From: an uncultured Solirubrobacteraceae bacterium
GTDB lineage: Bacteria; Actinomycetota; Thermoleophilia; Solirubrobacterales; Solirubrobacteraceae
Assembly: GCA_963790905.1 (NCBI GenBank)
Contig: CAWBQH010000004.1
Span: 332,977-364,976 of the forward strand
Direction: 5' to 3'
DNA: 32,000 bases
A model generated the notes under the pieces. That model saw nothing but the letters and a program-made list of their open reading frames with translations. It ran no database searches and was not told the origin of the DNA. Of this stretch, positions 27,050 through 32,000 are shown in pieces (position 1 is the stretch's first letter; every line of letters starts with the position of its first letter). The translations under genes were made by a program, and so were the position numbers.

Positions 27050-28837
27050 ATGAGGTTGATCAAGGCGGTCGCGGCGACTGCTCTCGTAGCGTTGTTTTCG
27101 CTGGCTCTGGCCGCGTGCGGCTCGAGCAGCTCGAGCAAAGTCGCGAGCAGCAACCCCCTCAGCACCGGGGGGCTCGAGAGCCCCTTGACCGAGCCGCTCA
27201 CAGGAGGCACACGCGGCGGAGTGCTGAACGTACTCAGCGAAACCGACTTCGAACACCTCGACCCGGGCATCGCTTACTTCTCGGTCGACTACACGGTGGT
27301 GTTCGCCACGCAGCGCCCGCTGTATAGCTACAAGCCCAACCAGGAGGTCGAACCGACGCCCGACCTTGCCTCAGGTCCGCCGGAAATCTCCGCAGACTCA
27401 AAGACGATAACGGTGCATCTCAAGGAAGGCATTCACTACAGCCCTCCGGTCAATCGGGAAGCGACCGCAGAAGACGTCGCCTATGCGATCGAGCGAGGCA
27501 AGAACCCTGACGTCGCCAACCCCTATGTTGAATCGTATTTCAAAGCGATCGAAGGAATGCCCGCCGCCACCGGTGGGCCGATCAAGGGAATTGAAACTCC
27601 CAACAAGCACACGATCGTCTTTCACCTAACCGAACCGAAGGCGCAGGTCGTCGTCGACGCGTTCGTGCTGCCGACGACGGCTCCCGTGCCAAAGGAATAC
27701 GCGGAAAAATTCGACAAGAACAAGCCGTCTAACTATGGCGCCTATCAGGTGGCGACCGGCCCCTACATGCTGAAGAACGAAAAGTCGGGGAAAGTTCTCG
27801 GGGTCGGCTACATCCCGGGCAAGTCCGCGACGCTGGTGCGCAACCCGAACTGGAACCCGTCAAGCGACTTTCGCCCGGCCTACCTGAACGAAATCGATGT
27901 AAAGATCGGCGGCACCGCTTCCGTGCTCGGCCGCGAGGCGCTGGCCGGGACAAACGTCGTCCAAAACGAATCCAGCGTGGCCCAGTCGGTGGAGAAGGAA
28001 GCGTTTGAAAAATACAAGAGCCAGCTGGAGATCTCGCCCGGCGCCGGCCAGCACTACATCGGCGTCAACAACAAGGTCGGGCCGTTCACCAACATCAACC
28101 TGCGAAAGGCCTTCTGGGCCGCGTTGGACCGCGATGCGATCCTGCGCGCGCGCGGCGGTGAACTGTTCGGCACCGTGGCCACCCACTTCATCTATCCGGG
28201 AATCCCCGGCTTCGAACAGGCAGGTGGGGTAACGGGACCGAAACTCGACTACGACGAACACCCCGAAGGCGACATGGCGCTTGCCGAAAAGTACATAAAG
28301 CTTGCCGGCTATCCAAGCGGCAAATACACCGGCGGGAAGACCATCACTGTCGTGGGTGCGACGGGCAGTCCTCTCGAAGAGGGCGCGGACATCGTCGACC
28401 AGACGCTCAAAAACCTGGGCTTCTCGACCAAGCTGACGCTAACAGCGACCGCCACGATGTTCGCCAAGTACTGCAACGTCCCGAAAGAAGAGATCACGGT
28501 GTGTCCGAGCGTTGCCTGGATCGCCGACTTCGCCGATCCGCAGGCGGTCTTGAACGTGACGTTCAACGGGGCATTCATCCCGTCGACGGGAAACGTCAAT
28601 TGGAGCCAGGCAGACGTCCCGAAGATCAACGCTGCGATGACAGCCGCAGAAAGTATCACCGGGAAATCACCGCGGGCCTCGGCGTGGGCGAAGATCGATG
28701 AAGAACTGGTCGAAAACGCCGTCGCGGTCCCGCTCACATGGGACAAGCAGGCGAACGTCGAGGGTTCCACGGTCAAAGGCGTCGGGGACCTGTGGGACGT
28801 GGGCGAGTGGGACTACAGCTGGACCTCGCTCAAGTAG
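27050..28837 (+). CDS. Extracellular solute-binding lipoprotein, family 5 (oligopeptide/dipeptide type)
   Basis: MRLIKAVAATALVALFSLALAACGSSSS (lipobox LAAC) after an AGGAGG SD; TLTVHLKEGIHYSPPVNREATAEDVAYAIER-type SBP_bac_5 motif; ALPLTWDK near the C-terminus. Confidence 0.92.
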   Translation: MRLIKAVAATALVALFSLALAACGSSSSSKVASSNPLSTGGLESPLTEPLTGGTRGGVLNVLSETDFEHLDPGIAYFSVDYTVVFATQRPLYSYKPNQEVEPTPDLASGPPEISADSKTITVHLKEGIHYSPPVNREATAEDVAYAIERGKNPDVANPYVESYFKAIEGMPAATGGPIKGIETPNKHTIVFHLTEPKAQVVVDAFVLPTTAPVPKEYAEKFDKNKPSNYGAYQVATGPYMLKNEKSGKVLGVGYIPGKSATLVRNPNWNPSSDFRPAYLNEIDVKIGGTASVLGREALAGTNVVQNESSVAQSVEKEAFEKYKSQLEISPGAGQHYIGVNNKVGPFTNINLRKAFWAALDRDAILRARGGELFGTVATHFIYPGIPGFEQAGGVTGPKLDYDEHPEGDMALAEKYIKLAGYPSGKYTGGKTITVVGATGSPLEEGADIVDQTLKNLGFSTKLTLTATATMFAKYCNVPKEEITVCPSVAWIADFADPQAVLNVTFNGAFIPSTGNVNWSQADVPKINAAMTAAESITGKSPRASAWAKIDEELVENAVAVPLTWDKQANVEGSTVKGVGDLWDVGEWDYSWTSLK

Positions 28838-28855
28838 GAGCACGGACAATCGCTG

Positions 28856-28887
28856 GGCCGGAGCTCCGCGCGAGCAGGGCTCCGGCC
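28856..28887 (+). repeat. Intergenic hairpin: GGCCGGAGC ... GCTCCGGCC (9-bp perfect stem)
   Basis: 28856-28864 is the exact reverse complement of 28879-28887. Lies between the SBP stop and the next permease start. Confidence 0.6.
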
Positions 28888-28970
28888 TCTCGCCCGAGCG
28901 GGGGACGGAGACGGCGCAGGGACAGGAATGAGATCGATGAGCGATACACCGAGATGAGGACGGCCCGACC

Positions 28971-29930
28971 GTGACCGCCTACATCATCCGCCGGGTCCTC
29001 TGGGGCATCCTGCTCTTGATCGTCGTCGCCGCCTTGATGTTCGTTTTCTTTCGCATCATCCCCACCGGCAATCCGGCGGTGCTGCGCGCCGGGCGTGACC
29101 CGCAGCCGAAACTCATCAAGGAAATCGAACGCGTTCTCGGCCTCAACAAGTCGCTGCCGGTGCAGTTCTGGGACTACCTGAAGGGGATCTTCTTCCACTT
29201 CAACTTCGGCTACAGCTACTACAGCCAGGAGTCGGTCACCGCCTTGATCAAAGAAAGGCTGCCGGCGACGCTGTCGCTGACGATCGGCGCTGCGGTGCTG
29301 TGGGTAGCGGGTGGCATGACCGTCGGAGTGATATCGGCGCTCAAGCGCCACACCTGGCTCGACAGGGCCTCGATGGGAACCGCGCTGGTGCTGATCTCGG
29401 CGCCCGAATTCTGGCTCGGGCTGATCTTCCTGTTCCTCTTCGCCAACGACATCGGTAAGTTCAAGCTGCTTCCCGGCGCGGGCAGCTACGTCGGGCTGAC
29501 GAGCGACCCGGGTAAATGGTTCACCTCGCTGATCATGCCCTGGATCGTGCTCGCCTCGGGCAGCGCGGCGGTGTTCGCGAGAATCGTGCGCGGCAGCTTG
29601 ATCGAGACGATGAAAGAGGACTACATACGCACGGCACGCGCGAAGGGGTTGCCGGAGCGAAGCGTCGTGCGCCAGGGCGTGCGCTCGGCCATCAACCCAG
29701 CGGTCACGCTGGTCGCGCTCGAAATAGGGATCCTGCTCGGCGGCGCGATACTCATCGAGACCGTGTTCAACATCCCCGGGGTGGGCCGCCTCAGCTACAA
29801 CGCGATCATCGACTCGGATTTCTCGGTGATCGAGGGAACGGTGCTTCTCGCCTCGATGTTCATCATCATCGCCAACATCGTCGCCGACATCGCCTACGCC
29901 TATCTGGACCCGCGGGTGCGCTACTCGTGA
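28971..29930 (+). CDS. Oligopeptide/dipeptide ABC transporter permease, DppB/OppB-like
   Basis: [35 protein letters not shown]...[68 protein letters not shown] start at 28971. Confidence 0.95.
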   Translation: MTAYIIRRVLWGILLLIVVAALMFVFFRIIPTGNPAVLRAGRDPQPKLIKEIERVLGLNKSLPVQFWDYLKGIFFHFNFGYSYYSQESVTALIKERLPATLSLTIGAAVLWVAGGMTVGVISALKRHTWLDRASMGTALVLISAPEFWLGLIFLFLFANDIGKFKLLPGAGSYVGLTSDPGKWFTSLIMPWIVLASGSAAVFARIVRGSLIETMKEDYIRTARAKGLPERSVVRQGVRSAINPAVTLVALEIGILLGGAILIETVFNIPGVGRLSYNAIIDSDFSVIEGTVLLASMFIIIANIVADIAYAYLDPRVRYS

Positions 29931-30997
29931 GCGGGGAGGGCGCGCTGCTGCGGGTGGAGGGCCTGTATGTCGAGTTCTCGACCGAGGACGGCATCGTCCA
30001 CGCAGTCGACGGCATCACCTACCAGGTCGAGAGCGGCCGCACGCTGGGCATCGTCGGCGAGTCCGGCTCCGGCAAGACGGTGGCGTCGCTGACGACGATC
30101 GGCCTGACCCGCGGGCAGGGCGCGCGCATCTCGGGGAGGATCCTGTTCGAGGGCCGCGACCTGGTCTCGCTCTCGGAATCCGAGCTGCGCTCGATCAGGG
30201 GCAACGAGATCGCGATGATCTTCCAGGACCCGCTGTCCTCGCTGCACCCCCTCTACAAGATCGGCAAGCAGCTCCGCGAGGCGGTGCTGGCCCACGGCGA
30301 CGTCTCCAGGCGGCAGGCGCGCGCGCGGGCCGTCGAGCTGCTCGGCCTGGTGGGCATCCCCGACCCCTCCCGGCGTGTGGACGACTACCCCCACGAGTTC
30401 TCCGGCGGCATGCGCCAGCGGGTCATGATCGCGATGGCGCTGGCGAACGAACCCAAGCTGCTGATCGCCGACGAGCCGACGACCGCCCTGGACGTGACCG
30501 TCCAGGCTCAGATCCTCGCGCTGATGGAACGTCTTCAGCGCGAGCTCGGCATGGCGATCGTGATTATCACGCACGACCTCGGCGTGGTCGCCGAGATGGC
30601 CGACGACATCGCGGTGATGTACGCAGGGCGGATCGTCGAGACGGCGCCGGCGCGGGACATCTTCTCGAACCCGGAGCACCCGTACACGTGGGGCCTTTTG
30701 AAGTCGATCCCGCGGCTGGACGCGCCGCGCGAGGAGTTGCTCGTGCCGGTGCCCGGAACGCCGCCAAGCCTGATCCGCCGCCCGTCGGGATGCCACTTCC
30801 ATCCCCGCTGCGCCTACGCCCAGCCCGATCACTCGCGCATCGACCCGCTGCTCGAGCAGGTGCCGGGCGAACCGAGCCACTACGTCGCCTGCCTGCTCGA
30901 GTCAGATGTGCGCAAGCACCTGTGGAACGACCTGCAGGCGGGACTCATGCCCGAGCAGGCACTAGCCGCGGTCGGACTGCCTGCCGGCAGCTCGTGA
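29927..30997 (+). CDS. Oligopeptide/dipeptide ABC transporter ATPase, DppD/OppD-like
   Basis: [87 protein letters not shown]...[14 protein letters not shown] start overlaps the oppB TGA (GTGA). Confidence 0.95.
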   Translation: MSGEGALLRVEGLYVEFSTEDGIVHAVDGITYQVESGRTLGIVGESGSGKTVASLTTIGLTRGQGARISGRILFEGRDLVSLSESELRSIRGNEIAMIFQDPLSSLHPLYKIGKQLREAVLAHGDVSRRQARARAVELLGLVGIPDPSRRVDDYPHEFSGGMRQRVMIAMALANEPKLLIADEPTTALDVTVQAQILALMERLQRELGMAIVIITHDLGVVAEMADDIAVMYAGRIVETAPARDIFSNPEHPYTWGLLKSIPRLDAPREELLVPVPGTPPSLIRRPSGCHFHPRCAYAQPDHSRIDPLLEQVPGEPSHYVACLLESDVRKHLWNDLQAGLMPEQALAAVGLPAGSS

Positions 30998-32000
30998 TGG
31001 CCGGAGAGCCGCCCACCGTCGCGCAGCCGCCGGCCTCCAACGTCGACGGCGCGAGCGATGTCGCAGAGTCACTCGTCGAGGTGCGGGATCTGGCCAAGTA
31101 CTTCCCCATCACGCGTGGGATCCTGCTGCGCCACGAGATCGGCGCGGTCAAGGCCGTCGACGGCGTCAGCTTCACGATCGGCCGCGGCGAGACGCTCGGA
31201 CTCGTCGGCGAGACCGGCTGCGGCAAGAGCACCACGGCCCGGCTGGTGATGCGGCTGCTGCCGGCGACGTCCGGCGAGGTGCGCTTCGAAGGCGAGGACA
31301 TCACGACGCTGAAGGGCGCGCGCCTGAAGGCGCTGCGGCGCGAAATGCAGATGATCTTCCAGGACCCCTACTCCTCGCTGAACCCCCGCAAGTCGATCGG
31401 CTCGATCATCGCCGAGCCGTTCGCCATCCACGGCCTGGAGAAGGACCGCGCCCAGCGCAAACGGCGTGTGCAGGAGCTGCTCGAGCTGGTCGGCCTGAAC
31501 CCCGAGCACTACAACCGCTACCCGCACGAGTTCTCCGGCGGCCAGCGCCAGCGGATCGGCGTGGCGCGTGCGCTCGCGCTGAAACCGAAGCTGCTGATCG
31601 CCGACGAGCCCGTCTCGGCGCTCGACGTCTCGATCCAGGCGCAGGTGCTCAACCTGCTGCGCGACATGCAGCGGGAACTCGGCCTTACGCTCGTCTTCAT
31701 CGCCCATGACCTCTCGGTCGTCCGTCACATGTGTGACCGCGTGGCGGTGATGTATCTCGGCAAGATCGTCGAGATCGGCGGCAACGACGCCATCTATGGC
31801 TTTCCCCGCCACCCGTACACCGGCGCGCTGCTCGCGGCGGTGCCGATCGCCGACCCGACCAGATACGGCGGCGACCGGCGGCTGCTGAGCGGCGACGTGC
31901 CCAGTCCCGCGAACCCGCCGAGCGCATGCCGCTTCCACACCCGCTGCCCGAAGGCGAAAGAGCTCTGCTCGGTCGAGGAGCCGCTGCTCGAGGACAAGGG
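30997..32000 (+). CDS. Oligopeptide/dipeptide ABC transporter ATPase, DppF/OppF-like (3'-truncated by window end)
   Basis: Frame from ATG 30997-30999 ([16 protein letters not shown]...) contains [90 protein letters not shown]. Absent from the ORF track because it runs off the edge. Confidence 0.95.
   Translation, partial: MAGEPPTVAQPPASNVDGASDVAESLVEVRDLAKYFPITRGILLRHEIGAVKAVDGVSFTIGRGETLGLVGETGCGKSTTARLVMRLLPATSGEVRFEGEDITTLKGARLKALRREMQMIFQDPYSSLNPRKSIGSIIAEPFAIHGLEKDRAQRKRRVQELLELVGLNPEHYNRYPHEFSGGQRQRIGVARALALKPKLLIADEPVSALDVSIQAQVLNLLRDMQRELGLTLVFIAHDLSVVRHMCDRVAVMYLGKIVEIGGNDAIYGFPRHPYTGALLAAVPIADPTRYGGDRRLLSGDVPSPANPPSACRFHTRCPKAKELCSVEEPLLEDK

Noticed and set aside
25881-27050. Upstream 390-aa extension of rarA in the 838-aa track ORF
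   Set aside because: It runs antisense through the convincingly identified oppC-like gene, and the rarA homology begins just after the ATG at 25880.

Overview
This 32 kb, very high-GC window looks like ordinary chromosome from an actinobacterium (Thermoleophilia/Solirubrobacterales-like; this placement is an inference from gene content and codon style). It runs as follows. (1) Three short STAS anti-sigma-factor-antagonist genes, a PEBP-family gene and a 45-aa membrane ORF missing from the track. (2) A DHA2-type MFS transporter with a fused MarR-like tail and a secreted lipase-like hydrolase, separated by a perfect 24-nt palindrome. (3) A PucR/CdaR-type regulator divergent from a small lipoprotein. 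(4) A conserved hypothetical, galT and a TlpA-like thioredoxin. The track calls galT '+', but the sequence puts it on the minus strand. (5) A large DEAH helicase with a roughly 90-aa acidic tract between its Q-like motif and Walker A. (6) A tightly packed minus-strand array of about 12 kb: rarA, an ALDH-family gene, precorrin-2 dehydrogenase, ccmA, ccmB, ccmC, a ccmD-like gene, hemA, hemC, an RHH antitoxin-like gene, a PIN toxin-like gene, cobA-hemD, a SAM hydroxide adenosyltransferase-like gene and birA. (7) A plus-strand oligopeptide/dipeptide ABC transporter operon ordered C-SBP-B-D-F, truncated at the window edge. The best leads are the VapBC-like pair embedded and translationally coupled inside the tetrapyrrole operon, the ALDH paralog lacking both the catalytic Cys and the oxyanion Asn, and the helicase with the acidic insert. 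I saw no CRISPR array, transposase, rRNA or tRNA, and nothing I can defend as a complete new defence system.
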